NCBI GenBank assembly: GCA_964553045.1
Contig: CAZKJG010000016.1
Coordinates: 494 to 64,493 of the forward strand
Direction of reading: 5' to 3'
DNA from: an uncultured bacterium
GTDB taxonomy: Bacteria > Fermentibacterota > Fermentibacteria > Fermentibacterales > JCC-6
DNA length: 64,000 bases
In this document: positions 10,413-20,099 of the stretch, one piece after another
Numbering within the stretch: the first letter of the stretch is position 1
Layout: every line of letters starts with the position of its first letter
Translations under genes and position numbers: made by a program
The notes under the pieces: generated by a model
Databases searched by the model: none
Told to the model about the DNA's origin: nothing
What the model saw: the letters and a program-made list of their open reading frames with translations, nothing else

Positions 10413-11360
10413 ATGCGTCCGGTTCTGGTAACCGGTGGCAACAGGAGCGGAACCAGCTGGCTGGGTAAGATGCTGTGCCTCTCCCGGGAGCTGGTCTACG
10501 TCTGGGAGCCCTTCAACTTCGAGCACACCCGGCCAGATATCTTTCCCCGGCATCCCCTTAAGCGTCACTACCAGAGGGTGCTGCCACAGCAGCGGGGGGC
10601 CATGGCCAGGTTCATGCTGTGGTGCGTTCTGCACGATGTCATCCGCTTCAATGACAGGGGGCCGGGTCCGGCGGAGCTGGTCCGCAAGGACCTCAAGGTA
10701 GCCCGGATCATCGCCTCGATGGTTCTGGGCAGAAAGGCCCCCCTCTTCAAGGATCCCATAGCACTAATGTCAGCAGAGTGGGTGGCCGAGAGGTTCGGTG
10801 CCCGGGTGGTGATGGCCGTGAGGCACCCCGCCGCATACGTGAACAGCGTCAGAAGGCTGGATTGGCGCACCCCTGTAGAGGACTTCACCGAGCAGCCCAG
10901 GCTGCTGGAGAGCCTGCCGGCCGATCTGCGCGAGGCCCTGTTGAAGAGAGCCTTTGAACGGCCCATGCCCGACCATCACTTCGACCTGGTGGACGCCGCG
11001 CTGTGCTGGCGCGTTTTCTACACAGTTGTCCGGGAGTACATGGGCCGGCATCCGGACTGGATAACGTTACGGTACGAGGACATGTGCCGCGACTACATGG
11101 GGGGGGTCAGGCGGCTGTACGAAGGCCTGGGGCTGACGTGGTCGGAGGAGGTCGCGGCCGAGGTGGAGAAGCGCAGCGGCCGGGGCAACAGGCTCGTCCA
11201 GGGGGGCGTTGCACACCCGCAGACCCAGGACTCCCGGGCGGTAGCGGATGCCTGGAAGGGGCGCTTCACCCCCGAAGAGCTCCGAACCATCCGCGAGCTC
11301 TCCTCGCCGGCCTGGGAGGCGTTCTACTCAGCGGAGAGCTGGGAGCACCCGGACGCCTGA
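10413..11360 (+). CDS. Sulfotransferase family protein
   Basis: P-loop-like PAPS-binding motif VLVTGGNRSGTSWLGKML at the N-terminus. Strong SD (GAAGGGAG) before the ATG at 10413. Confidence 0.7.
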   Translation: MRPVLVTGGNRSGTSWLGKMLCLSRELVYVWEPFNFEHTRPDIFPRHPLKRHYQRVLPQQRGAMARFMLWCVLHDVIRFNDRGPGPAELVRKDLKVARIIASMVLGRKAPLFKDPIALMSAEWVAERFGARVVMAVRHPAAYVNSVRRLDWRTPVEDFTEQPRLLESLPADLREALLKRAFERPMPDHHFDLVDAALCWRVFYTVVREYMGRHPDWITLRYEDMCRDYMGGVRRLYEGLGLTWSEEVAAEVEKRSGRGNRLVQGGVAHPQTQDSRAVADAWKGRFTPEELRTIRELSSPAWEAFYSAESWEHPDA

Positions 11361-11371
11361 ATCCCCTGCGG

Positions 11372-12454
11372 CTACCGGCTCATCTTCTCCAGGGCTGCAG
11401 CGGTCTTTCGGGCGCACTCCCTCCAGGTGAGCTCCTCGGAGAGTTGCCTTCTGCGAGCCTTCTGGTCCTCCGTGACCCCTTTCTGCAGGGCTTTCTCGAT
11501 TCCGGCAGCCACCGAGTCGGTATCACCCGGGTCCACCATCCATGCTGCTTCGGAGAAGAACTCACCGATTCCGCCGACGTTGGACGCCACCACCGGCAGC
11601 CCCCAGGTGAAGGCCTCCGGGACGGGGATGCCGAAGCCCTCGTGGTGGGCAACGTGAAGCAGGCACACGGCATTGGAGTAGAGGTCGGCCAGCTCTTCGT
11701 CCGACACGTAGCCGGTGAAGGTCACCAGATCGTCCAGATTCAGCTCCGAGCTGAGGCGATGGTACTCCCCGGCCCTGAAGCCGTCCTTGCCGGCGATCAC
11801 AAGGGGAGGCACATCGCCCCTGTCGCGGAGTACGGCCATTGCCCGCAAGAGACCGTCGATGTTCTTCCTGGGCTCCAGCGTTCCCACCGCCAGAAGATGG
11901 CTGCCGGTCTTCGACTCCCTGCGGTGCTCGGCGAAGTGGTCAATGCCCAGCGGCGTGAGGAAGACACGACCCTCCGTCCCGGGGTAGGCCTCCAGAAGCT
12001 CGTTCATGGTGCATTGGGAGTTGACGGCGATGCAGTCGGCCCTGCGTGAGACCAGGTCCAGCTGTCTTCTCCACCTTCTGGTAACCCATTCGGGCTTCAT
12101 GTGTCCCAGCTTGATCGGGCCCAGATCGTGGACCATGCATGCCTGCCGGACGGCGGGACTTGCGGGAAGGAGGTCGCAGTTCGCGGAATGGACCCAGCCC
12201 ACCCCCCGCAGCGCCGCCGCGAATACGGGCCAGAGGTGTTTGGAGAGGCGCTGGGGAAAGGGGAAGCAGCGGCTTCTGCTCTCCAGGCCCTGGCTCAGGG
12301 GCGGCATCTTCCGGGTATACCGCCACTTCCAGACCTCGAGGTCGTAGCCCAGCTCCATCCACGCCGACATCAGCTCCAGTCCGTAGCGACCGATACCAGT
12401 ATTGCGGGTATAGTCGTAATCCACCTGAAATGCCACCTTCGGGGTGGACCTCAT
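11372..12454 (-). CDS. Glycosyltransferase family 4 (GT-B)
   Basis: C-terminal GT4 signature (EGFGIPVPEAFTWGLPVVASNVGGIGE). ATG at 12452-12454 preceded by GGAGG. Confidence 0.8.
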   Translation of the reverse strand: MRSTPKVAFQVDYDYTRNTGIGRYGLELMSAWMELGYDLEVWKWRYTRKMPPLSQGLESRSRCFPFPQRLSKHLWPVFAAALRGVGWVHSANCDLLPASPAVRQACMVHDLGPIKLGHMKPEWVTRRWRRQLDLVSRRADCIAVNSQCTMNELLEAYPGTEGRVFLTPLGIDHFAEHRRESKTGSHLLAVGTLEPRKNIDGLLRAMAVLRDRGDVPPLVIAGKDGFRAGEYHRLSSELNLDDLVTFTGYVSDEELADLYSNAVCLLHVAHHEGFGIPVPEAFTWGLPVVASNVGGIGEFFSEAAWMVDPGDTDSVAAGIEKALQKGVTEDQKARRRQLSEELTWRECARKTAAALEKMSR

Positions 12455-13518
12455 CCCTCCGCTCCCTTCGTCAGCTCCTCTGGAAAATGCTCGTAGAGGA
12501 TCTTCCTGAAGATCCTGCGGGGTATCTCGACTGAATAGTTGCGGTGAATCCAGTCCCTGGCCCTTCTCCGGACAGGGAGGGTTTCGCTCCAGTTCTTCGA
12601 AACCTGGTCCAGCTGCTCTCCGAGCTCCCGGGCGCTGTCGAAGGTGCTCACCAGTTCCGGCGCCTCCACCGCCACGTGCGTCCATGGCCTGGCTATTGTG
12701 TACAGGCCGCTGGCCATGTATGCGTTGACCTTCATCTGGTACAGGACCGGCATGATCTTCCTGCCGGTGGCCACGCCGACCTGGTACTGCGAGAGGAGCT
12801 GCGGTACCTGGAGGCGAAGGACCGGGGGCAAGCAGCGAACACGACCGCCTGTCCTTTTGCACATTTTCTGAACCCGGTCCCTCAGGGGACCGTCCCCGAC
12901 TATGTCCCCCTTCATGGTTTCGGAGACCATGACGCCCTCAATGAAGGCCTCCGGCTCGTGCACCGGATTGATCCCGGTGAGCAGGACGGCCCTCTCGGCG
13001 AGCGGGCTCTCTCTGTAGTGGAAGCGGGAGAGGTCCTGGTTGTGCGGTATCTCCCGGCTGCCCTCCACATGCATGGTGGGACAGGATGTGGCGAATACCG
13101 CCCCATCCAACACCTTCTGCAGACCCGGGTCCGGGTCTCGCCCGACCCTGGAGTGGATGCGCAGGGCATAGGGCAGACCTGTGCGCATGGCAGCGCAGCC
13201 CGCAGTCTGGTCCAGGCAAAGGACGAAATCCGCTCCAAACTCCTGAAAGCAGCTTTCTATCGCCCGCCTGAAAAGCATTTCGACCGCTGCGCTTCTGAAC
13301 CTGTCCCCCCGAATCAGGGGCCCGGCCAGCAGGCCCCTGATTCCCACGCCGGCAACCGGCACTCCCTCTATTGTCCGACGCGAACGGGGGATGTTGCGGA
13401 TGACGTACATCGCCCTGTGTTCTTCGCCGAACAGATCCAGTGGAGTGGTCCATCCGCCGCTGTAGCCGGGCATCGTATACGTGGTGGCCACCAGTATCCT
13501 CACACCGGCCCCCCGCAT
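12451..13518 (-). CDS. Glycosyltransferase (GT-B fold, GT4-like)
   Basis: N-terminal RILVATTY... GT-B start. 4-nt overlap with the downstream GT4 gene, so the two are likely co-operonic. Confidence 0.6.
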   Translation of the reverse strand: MRGAGVRILVATTYTMPGYSGGWTTPLDLFGEEHRAMYVIRNIPRSRRTIEGVPVAGVGIRGLLAGPLIRGDRFRSAAVEMLFRRAIESCFQEFGADFVLCLDQTAGCAAMRTGLPYALRIHSRVGRDPDPGLQKVLDGAVFATSCPTMHVEGSREIPHNQDLSRFHYRESPLAERAVLLTGINPVHEPEAFIEGVMVSETMKGDIVGDGPLRDRVQKMCKRTGGRVRCLPPVLRLQVPQLLSQYQVGVATGRKIMPVLYQMKVNAYMASGLYTIARPWTHVAVEAPELVSTFDSARELGEQLDQVSKNWSETLPVRRRARDWIHRNYSVEIPRRIFRKILYEHFPEELTKGAEG

Positions 13519-13570
13519 GGAACCGCCCTCAGGTATCCGGTGAAATCCGCTCTGGAAGACGACACTGGGA

Positions 13571-14686
13571 TCAGCGGCTGCCTGTGGCGATCATCGGCGC
13601 GACTGCGGTTTGCTCGCCCAGCTGCAGCCGGACCAGGTAGACACCTCCGGGGAGGGGAGCGCCGGAGGCGCTCAGGCCGTTCCAGCTCACGCTGTGGTTT
13701 CCGGCGGCGAGGGTCGCCCCCTCCATGGGGATCGCCACCAGCCTGCCGGAGACATCGTAGATCCCGAGCGAGACTACTCCCGATGTCGGCAGGGCGAACC
13801 CGATCTCCACCGGACCGGCAGAAGGGTTGGGTCGGCAGGAAGGAGGCTGAAGGAGATTTTCGGCCGAATCCACCTGCACCCCTGTGGGTCCGTATATCAG
13901 GCTGACGTACTCCGGATGGTCGATGAAGGGATTCCTGTTTTCCTGAATCTCGAATACGGCTTCGTTGCGGTCCAGCTCCTTCCCGCTGACGGGATCGGCC
14001 TCGTGCCATGACTGCAGCATCTCCCGGGCCCAGGGCGTGAGGACAGCCCCCTCCGCCATGGGACTGCCGGGCCAGCCGGCGTCCTCGTCCAGGTAGCGGG
14101 TGGCCATGTAGAAGTAGCCACGGGCCAGGTCACCCTGGAAGTCCACCCGCGGCTCGAACACGGTGCCCACATAGCCGGGAGCGCAGTTGGGCCCCAGCTT
14201 GCTTCCGTTCATGGATGTCCAGGTGGGCCAGTCCACCTCCCCGTACGGGTAGTTGCCGCGCCGCATGTTTACGTAGATGTCCGTGGGGATCACTACGAAC
14301 AGGTCCGTATACATGGGCATGACCTCGCCGCCGAACCAGCTTTTGGGCCAGCTGTGCTCGCGGTTGTAGCCCTCGCCCTCCCCGCTGGCGGTACCTCCCT
14401 GGTCCTCGCCGAACTCGTACTCGTAGGGCGGAGTTCCGCCGGGTATGTCGGAGTAGATGTCCCAGACCATGCCGCTGGGCTTGTCATCCGTTGTGTAGAA
14501 GGCTTCCCAGACATCGTCGTAGCTGATGGCCACGTGGTCGTCGATGATGTCGTGCAGGGCCTGCTGGAGTTCCTCCCCTGTAAGGCCCTCGGCGGAATCG
14601 TAGTAGCCCTCGGGGATCTCGGCCGCCGCCTGGCCGAGAACGGCCAGCAGCAGGATGGCCGTCCGGATGATCCATCGGTTGGGCAT
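13571..14686 (-). CDS. Extracellular endonuclease I family nuclease with T9SS C-terminal sorting domain
   Basis: Endonuclease I-like core (NREHSWPKSWF, NRNPFIDHPE). Signal peptide. C-terminal NPSAG...LGIYDVSGRLV...GVYLVRL CTD. Confidence 0.75.
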   Translation of the reverse strand: MPNRWIIRTAILLLAVLGQAAAEIPEGYYDSAEGLTGEELQQALHDIIDDHVAISYDDVWEAFYTTDDKPSGMVWDIYSDIPGGTPPYEYEFGEDQGGTASGEGEGYNREHSWPKSWFGGEVMPMYTDLFVVIPTDIYVNMRRGNYPYGEVDWPTWTSMNGSKLGPNCAPGYVGTVFEPRVDFQGDLARGYFYMATRYLDEDAGWPGSPMAEGAVLTPWAREMLQSWHEADPVSGKELDRNEAVFEIQENRNPFIDHPEYVSLIYGPTGVQVDSAENLLQPPSCRPNPSAGPVEIGFALPTSGVVSLGIYDVSGRLVAIPMEGATLAAGNHSVSWNGLSASGAPLPGGVYLVRLQLGEQTAVAPMIATGSR

Positions 14687-14789
14687 GTCGCGGGGACTCC
14701 CTTCCCGGCGGCTGAATTGGAGGTTATGGCAGAAAGCTGTCACCCCACGATCATACCACAGGAGGTGGAAGTCGCAAGTAAGGCGCTCC

Positions 14790-17246
14790 TCACTCCCCCA
14801 GGTGCGTCTGAAGCCACCTGTCGGTCTCCCACAGCAGGTGCAGTACCGACTCCCGGGCGCGGTAGCCATGACCCTCCAGCGGGAGCATCACCAGCCGCGC
14901 GGTGCCGCCCAGTCCCTTCAGGGCCTCGTAGAGCCTCTCGCTCTGCATCGGATAGGTGCCGGAGTTGCTGTCCTCCTCCCCGTGGATCAGCAGGAGCGGC
15001 TCGTTGATTCCGTCGGCGTGCATGAAGGGGGACATCTCGAAGTAGACGTCCGGCGCCTCCCACAGGGAGCGGTCCTCGGACTGGAAGCCGAAAGGGGTGA
15101 GGGTCCTGTTGTAGGCCCCGCTCTGGGCGATCCCCGCGGCGAAGAGGTCGGTATGGGCCAGGAGGTTCGCGGTCATGAAGGCCCCGTAGGAGTGTCCGCC
15201 CACGGCGATCCGGTCCGGGGCTGCCACCCCCATGGACACCGCCTGGTCCACCGCGGCCCGGGCGTTGGCCCTCAGCTGGGGAACGAAGCTGTCGTTGGTC
15301 TGAGCTCCGCTGTCGGCCACGATGGGCATCGAGGGGCTCTTCATAACCGCGTAGCCCCGCAGCAGCCAAACCAGGGGTGACCACCAGCCCACCCGGTCGA
15401 ATCGATGGGGAGATGTGCGGACCTGGCCGGCGGCATCGGCGCTGGCGTACTCCTGGGGATAGGCCCACATGACCATGGGCAGCGGGCCGTCGAAGACCGA
15501 GTGCCCCGGCGGCAGATAGACGACTGCCGACATGGGAAGCCCGTCTTCCCGCTCGTAGGTTACCAGCTGCTTTTCCAGACCGGCCAGCTGGGGCGTGGGA
15601 TGCGGAAAACGGGTCAGGGTGTCCAGGTCCGCCGAATCCAGATCCCGGGCGTAGTAGTTTGGGGGCTGGTTGGCGGATTCCCGTCTGGTGAGGAGGACCT
15701 CCAGCGAGTCATCGAGGAACATGATCGGGCGCTCGAACCATGGTGGCCGGGAGCGGAACAGCTCGCCGACCTGCCCCGATTCGAGGCTCATTCTCCTGAG
15801 AAAGGGCCGGTCGCCCTCGGGCGTAGCGCCGTCACCGCGGAAGAATATCCACTCTTCGGTCGGGTCGGTGACCAGGACCTCGCGGCCGCGGGAGTTACGG
15901 CGGGTCAGGGGCTCGCCGGGATCGGCGTAGGCGTCTTCAAAGCTGTACTCAAGCAGCAGCCTCCCACCCTCCGGTTCGGCGGGGGGCAGCAGCCACAAGC
16001 GGGAGGTTCTGGTTGGCCACCACCACTCCGACAGCAGCGAAAGGCTGTCGCTGCACCAGGTCAGGCCTCCGTAACGGAGTTCCGTTCTGGCCAGCGTGTC
16101 CGGCGGGCCGTCAAAGGGGGCGGACAGAATGAGAACCCTGTCCCGCAGCTCCGCGTCCGCGGATGCATCGCCGCCGTCCATGGCCTCCACCCAGCACAGC
16201 GCGGCGTCGGCATCTGCCCTCCAGTGGAAGCTGCGGGGCCCCGGGGCGACGCTTCCGAAAGCGATGGGTATCTCCTCCTGCAGCGGAAGGTCCGCAACTG
16301 TTCTTACCGCGTTTCCCGAGCTGTCCAGAATCCGAACCAGCTGTGGAAAGCGGTATGCGGGAACGCTGTACGACCATGGACGCTGAAGGGTCGAGACCAG
16401 GAGGTATCTGCCGTCGGGGGAGGAGGTGAAGAACCAGATCTTCTCCGGGCCGAAGAGCCTCTCCACCGAACCGTCCATGCCCACCCGGCAGAGCACGGAG
16501 GTCATGTGGTGGTCGAAGAGCCTTCCGTCATGGGGGGTCTTGAGAAGATCGGCGTAGGTTCGGGCCGGGGCGGTGGCTCCCCGGGACTCCCTGACCACCG
16601 GGCCGGCCGGTACGTCGGAAGGCTCGGGGCCCGGCCCCCGCTCGTCGGGGACCATGCAGCAGATGATGGACTCCCCGTCCGGGGCCCACTGGGGAAACTC
16701 GCTGGCCGCCAGGCTGAGGCGGGGTCCGGTCAGGCGCCTGGCGCGCGCGTCGGCCGATTCCACCAGCCAGAGCTCGCCTCCCGAGGGAGTCATGCGGATC
16801 ACGAGCAGCGAGGTCCCGTCCGGCGACCACTCCGGATGCGTAAGCCACGAGCCCTCCGGGAAGCCCCGCACTTCACCGGCGAATCCGCCATCCATGCTGC
16901 GAATCTCCATGGAGCTGAAGTACCATTGCCTGGTGGGTGCGTTCCGGTCCACGTCTATTCTCAATCCCGCAAGCTCCGCCTCATCCACGGCCAGGTCTTC
17001 TATGGGAGGGTTGACCACCGGGTGCATCAGCAGAATCCATCTTTTTTCGGGCGATATGCGGACCCAGGGCGAACGGGGCGCGTCCACGACCTCCGCCAGC
17101 TCCTCCGGGGGAAGCCGGTAGAGGGGAATGGAATCGGAATCGACGGTTGTACCCGTAAGGCAGATCAGCGCCGTTGCCGCCGCGGCAGGGATCAAGGCCC
17201 ACCTCCATGGCTCTTTGGGGTAACGCTCACAAGTCCAGGGGAACAA
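14790..17246 (-). CDS. S9 family serine peptidase (beta-propeller plus prolyl-oligopeptidase-like alpha/beta hydrolase)
   Basis: GGHSYGAF nucleophile elbow, C-terminal LLIHGEEDSN...LEGHGY catalytic region, long N-terminal propeller. Start codon uncertain. Confidence 0.85.
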   Translation of the reverse strand: MFPWTCERYPKEPWRWALIPAAAATALICLTGTTVDSDSIPLYRLPPEELAEVVDAPRSPWVRISPEKRWILLMHPVVNPPIEDLAVDEAELAGLRIDVDRNAPTRQWYFSSMEIRSMDGGFAGEVRGFPEGSWLTHPEWSPDGTSLLVIRMTPSGGELWLVESADARARRLTGPRLSLAASEFPQWAPDGESIICCMVPDERGPGPEPSDVPAGPVVRESRGATAPARTYADLLKTPHDGRLFDHHMTSVLCRVGMDGSVERLFGPEKIWFFTSSPDGRYLLVSTLQRPWSYSVPAYRFPQLVRILDSSGNAVRTVADLPLQEEIPIAFGSVAPGPRSFHWRADADAALCWVEAMDGGDASADAELRDRVLILSAPFDGPPDTLARTELRYGGLTWCSDSLSLLSEWWWPTRTSRLWLLPPAEPEGGRLLLEYSFEDAYADPGEPLTRRNSRGREVLVTDPTEEWIFFRGDGATPEGDRPFLRRMSLESGQVGELFRSRPPWFERPIMFLDDSLEVLLTRRESANQPPNYYARDLDSADLDTLTRFPHPTPQLAGLEKQLVTYEREDGLPMSAVVYLPPGHSVFDGPLPMVMWAYPQEYASADAAGQVRTSPHRFDRVGWWSPLVWLLRGYAVMKSPSMPIVADSGAQTNDSFVPQLRANARAAVDQAVSMGVAAPDRIAVGGHSYGAFMTANLLAHTDLFAAGIAQSGAYNRTLTPFGFQSEDRSLWEAPDVYFEMSPFMHADGINEPLLLIHGEEDSNSGTYPMQSERLYEALKGLGGTARLVMLPLEGHGYRARESVLHLLWETDRWLQTHLGE

Positions 17247-17386
17247 GTATTTTTGAGCGTATCGATGACGTCAACTGAAACGGTCTCGGAGTGGAATACT
17301 CCGCGGGTATTCCCCGGAACCCAAGCCCGGGCTGTTGCCTGTCATGGTCCGGATATCGGGTATCTCAAGACGGTTCCGTACCGCCC

Positions 17387-18970
17387 CTACTCCGGCGGAG
17401 CCGGAAGCGGTGTGAGGAAGTAGTCTCTATCGCCCGCCAGGGGACGGGCTCCTCCCCTGGCTGGATCGTATCCCAGCGTGGGGTCGCAGCCGGGGCGGTC
17501 GAACAGCGGCGCGTCGGCCGCTAAGGCGTACCTGTTGTAGGTGTCGACATCCCAGGTAGTGCAGAGTGCCTGGTAGGGAAAAGCCTCCGGATCCTGCCAG
17601 GCCAGCCCCTCCACGTTCCCGTGCATGTAGATGCCGGCGGCCCTCTCGTGCTCGGGGTCCATTCCGTCGCCGATTATCAGGATCACGTGGTTCACCGGCT
17701 CTGTCAGGCGAGCGCATCCGGCAAGCACAGAATAAAGATGTGTGTTGTCCACAATCCCTTCCACAGCGGGCGCCGGCGGCGTGCCCTCGCAGCTTCGAAG
17801 CAGCTCCAGGGCCCGCTCGGGGCCGGCGGCGGCAACGCTGACCAGCTCGTTGGTATGCACCTTGCAGCCCCATGTGACCTGGGCGTTGGGATAGGTACGA
17901 TTCGGGTCCTCGCCCTCCATTGCCGGAAGCTCACCCCTACCCAGGGGGTTGTTCATGGCCAGTCGCATGTATCCGTTTGAATGGTCGGAGGTGACCAGCA
18001 CGAGCGTGTTCTCCCGGCTCAGGGCGGCGGAGGTGTCGATGTAGCCCATCACATCGTCCACCGCTGTCTCCAGGTCCCACATGGAGCCGATCATCCAGTG
18101 GTAGTTGTTGTTGTGGCTGGCCCAGTCGATGTCCCCCTGCTCGAGCACGAGGAAGAAGCCCTGGTCGTCGCGGGAGAGGTAGTCCAGAGCGGCAACCGCC
18201 GTCTCCGCCAGAGTCGGGTTCTCCTCTGTGACCGGTTCGACCGCGCCGGTGCCATCCCCGGCGGGGACGGGCGGCTCGAAGCACCCCTGAGCCCCGCCGA
18301 AGAGACCGAACACGCCGACTCCGTCATCTGGGTCGAGGCCTTCCACCGCTTCGGCGAGGAGTACCGCCCCGTCCATGCCCACTGTCCGCTCGGCCAGTAC
18401 GTAGCGCGTATCCCCCCGGACCAGCCTGTCGTAGTACTCGCGGGAGATGTGACCCCTGGAGTTGCTCCAGTCCGGGTTCTCCCAACCCGGGTGTCCGGCG
18501 CCGACTATCAGGTCCGCCAGGCCTCCTTCTATCATCTCTTCGGAAATGCCGGGTCCCGTACGCCCCTCGTAGCCGTCGTAGTAATGGTTGCGGTCGGGGC
18601 TGTGGGCCACGAAACAGGCCGGAGTGGCGTGGCAGAAGGGAACGGTGGATGCCACCCCCACGGCCCATCCCAGGGAGTCACAGCGCTCGCCCAGGTTGGC
18701 AAGTGCTCCGTCGGGCGGGTCCCCGGCCTCCCAGCAGACGTTGCCGGCCTCGGTCTTCTCGCCGGTGGAGATGGCCGTGCCTGCGGCCGCCGAATCGGTG
18801 GCCGGTATCCTTCCGTCCCCGACGTTCTCTTCCCCGGCCTCGGTTCCTTCGGCCGCGGAATCGGACGGCGTCTGCCCGTCGGACTCGCCACACGCCGCCG
18901 AGAGCATGAGCACGGCGGCCGTCAGGAGGGATGCACCATCTGCCCGCAGACCTTTCCTGCCGCACATCAT
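17387..18970 (-). CDS. Alkaline phosphatase family lipoprotein
   Basis: DSAAAGTAISTGEKTEAGNV active-site motif and LVTSDHSNG metal site. Lipobox LMLSAAC. Confidence 0.8.
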   Translation of the reverse strand: MMCGRKGLRADGASLLTAAVLMLSAACGESDGQTPSDSAAEGTEAGEENVGDGRIPATDSAAAGTAISTGEKTEAGNVCWEAGDPPDGALANLGERCDSLGWAVGVASTVPFCHATPACFVAHSPDRNHYYDGYEGRTGPGISEEMIEGGLADLIVGAGHPGWENPDWSNSRGHISREYYDRLVRGDTRYVLAERTVGMDGAVLLAEAVEGLDPDDGVGVFGLFGGAQGCFEPPVPAGDGTGAVEPVTEENPTLAETAVAALDYLSRDDQGFFLVLEQGDIDWASHNNNYHWMIGSMWDLETAVDDVMGYIDTSAALSRENTLVLVTSDHSNGYMRLAMNNPLGRGELPAMEGEDPNRTYPNAQVTWGCKVHTNELVSVAAAGPERALELLRSCEGTPPAPAVEGIVDNTHLYSVLAGCARLTEPVNHVILIIGDGMDPEHERAAGIYMHGNVEGLAWQDPEAFPYQALCTTWDVDTYNRYALAADAPLFDRPGCDPTLGYDPARGGARPLAGDRDYFLTPLPAPPE

Positions 18971-19060
18971 GTCTCGTCCTTTCCGAGTACCCTCATGAGG
19001 AACCACACCGCAAGCAAACCCCTCTCTGTCAAGGCACCGTTGAGCACCCGGCGGCGGCCG

Positions 19061-19564
19061 CTACATGAACCTCTCGAAGCGGTCGGCTGCCGCGCCGCAG
19101 ACGGGACACTTGCCCGGCGGGTCCGCCCGGGCGCAGAGGTAGCCGCAGACCCGACAGCGGTGGACCGGCAGCGCAAGCTCGCCGGATACCCTCTCCGGAC
19201 CGACCGATTCCCTGTTCTGCGGCCGTTGGGACGGGTCGGCCGGTCTCCTCTCCGGAACCGCCCCCAGCTCCTTCTCGCCGTCGCGGACCTCGTCGGAGAC
19301 GTACAGCCCGCAGTAGCAGGCGCCGTGCTCCACCAGGTCGGCGTCGCGGTAGTCGCAGGGGCAGATGATGTCCAGATCGTTGTCCCGCTCGCCGTCGGCC
19401 AGCCTGCAGGGGCATGCCATGTAGCCGTAGCGGTCGATGTTGGTGACCAGGCCCTCCATGAGCTGCATCGTGAACTCCCGGTCGGGGTTGAGGTTGTAGC
19501 CACCTTTCGCGGCCTGCTTCTTCAGCTTGTCGTAGAGCTTCTCGGCCCGTTTCCCGACGCTCAC
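19061..19564 (-). CDS. Ferredoxin:thioredoxin reductase catalytic-subunit-like protein fused to a C-terminal rubredoxin domain (FDR-like)
   Basis: FTR-B-like CPC...CPC/CYC motifs (YMACPCR, ICPCDYR, ACYCGLY). C-terminal CRVCGY...CPVCG rubredoxin knuckles. GTG start overlaps the glutaredoxin stop (GTGA). Confidence 0.75.
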   Translation of the reverse strand: MSVGKRAEKLYDKLKKQAAKGGYNLNPDREFTMQLMEGLVTNIDRYGYMACPCRLADGERDNDLDIICPCDYRDADLVEHGACYCGLYVSDEVRDGEKELGAVPERRPADPSQRPQNRESVGPERVSGELALPVHRCRVCGYLCARADPPGKCPVCGAAADRFERFM

Positions 19565-19848
19565 TGGTCCACCCCCAGAGCTTCCCGCAGCCTTTCGGGG
19601 TTGTGCCCGGCCACAACGGTTTCGCCATCCACCACGACGGTTGGGAAGCTTCCCACCGGGTTGTGCCTCTTCATCTCCTCGACGGCCTCGGTCCTCTCGC
19701 TGCCGCTGCGCCTGTCCACGTAGACGTAGGAGTACTCCACCCCCAGGCTGTCCAGCAGCTTCCTTGTCTTGCGGCACCAGACGCAGGTGCTCAGGGCGAA
19801 GAGCACTACCTTGCCCCTGTCCTCCCCGTCCACATGTGTCAGGTCCAT
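19561..19848 (-). CDS. Glutaredoxin/NrdH-like thioredoxin-fold protein
   Basis: About 95 aa with STCVWC (CxxC) active site and a glutaredoxin-like layout. Confidence 0.7.
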   Translation of the reverse strand: MDLTHVDGEDRGKVVLFALSTCVWCRKTRKLLDSLGVEYSYVYVDRRSGSERTEAVEEMKRHNPVGSFPTVVVDGETVVAGHNPERLREALGVDQ

Positions 19849-20099
19849 GCACGACCTCCAGTCGGGTTGGCCATTTTCGGTCTTGAGACTCCCTCCACCC
19901 TAATCCCTGCAGGGGGGTTCGGCAAGGAAATCTGGTGAATCGTCTATTCGGCGCATAGCACGAATACCTCGGAAGGGAGATAGCATACGGCACGACATAC
20001 AGAGGCTCCGGCCGTTGACGGAAAAGGGTTCTGCAGGGACGGGCCGCATCCCCCCGAAGAGATGGCCGGTGTCACGGAAACCGCCGACAGACGAATGTC

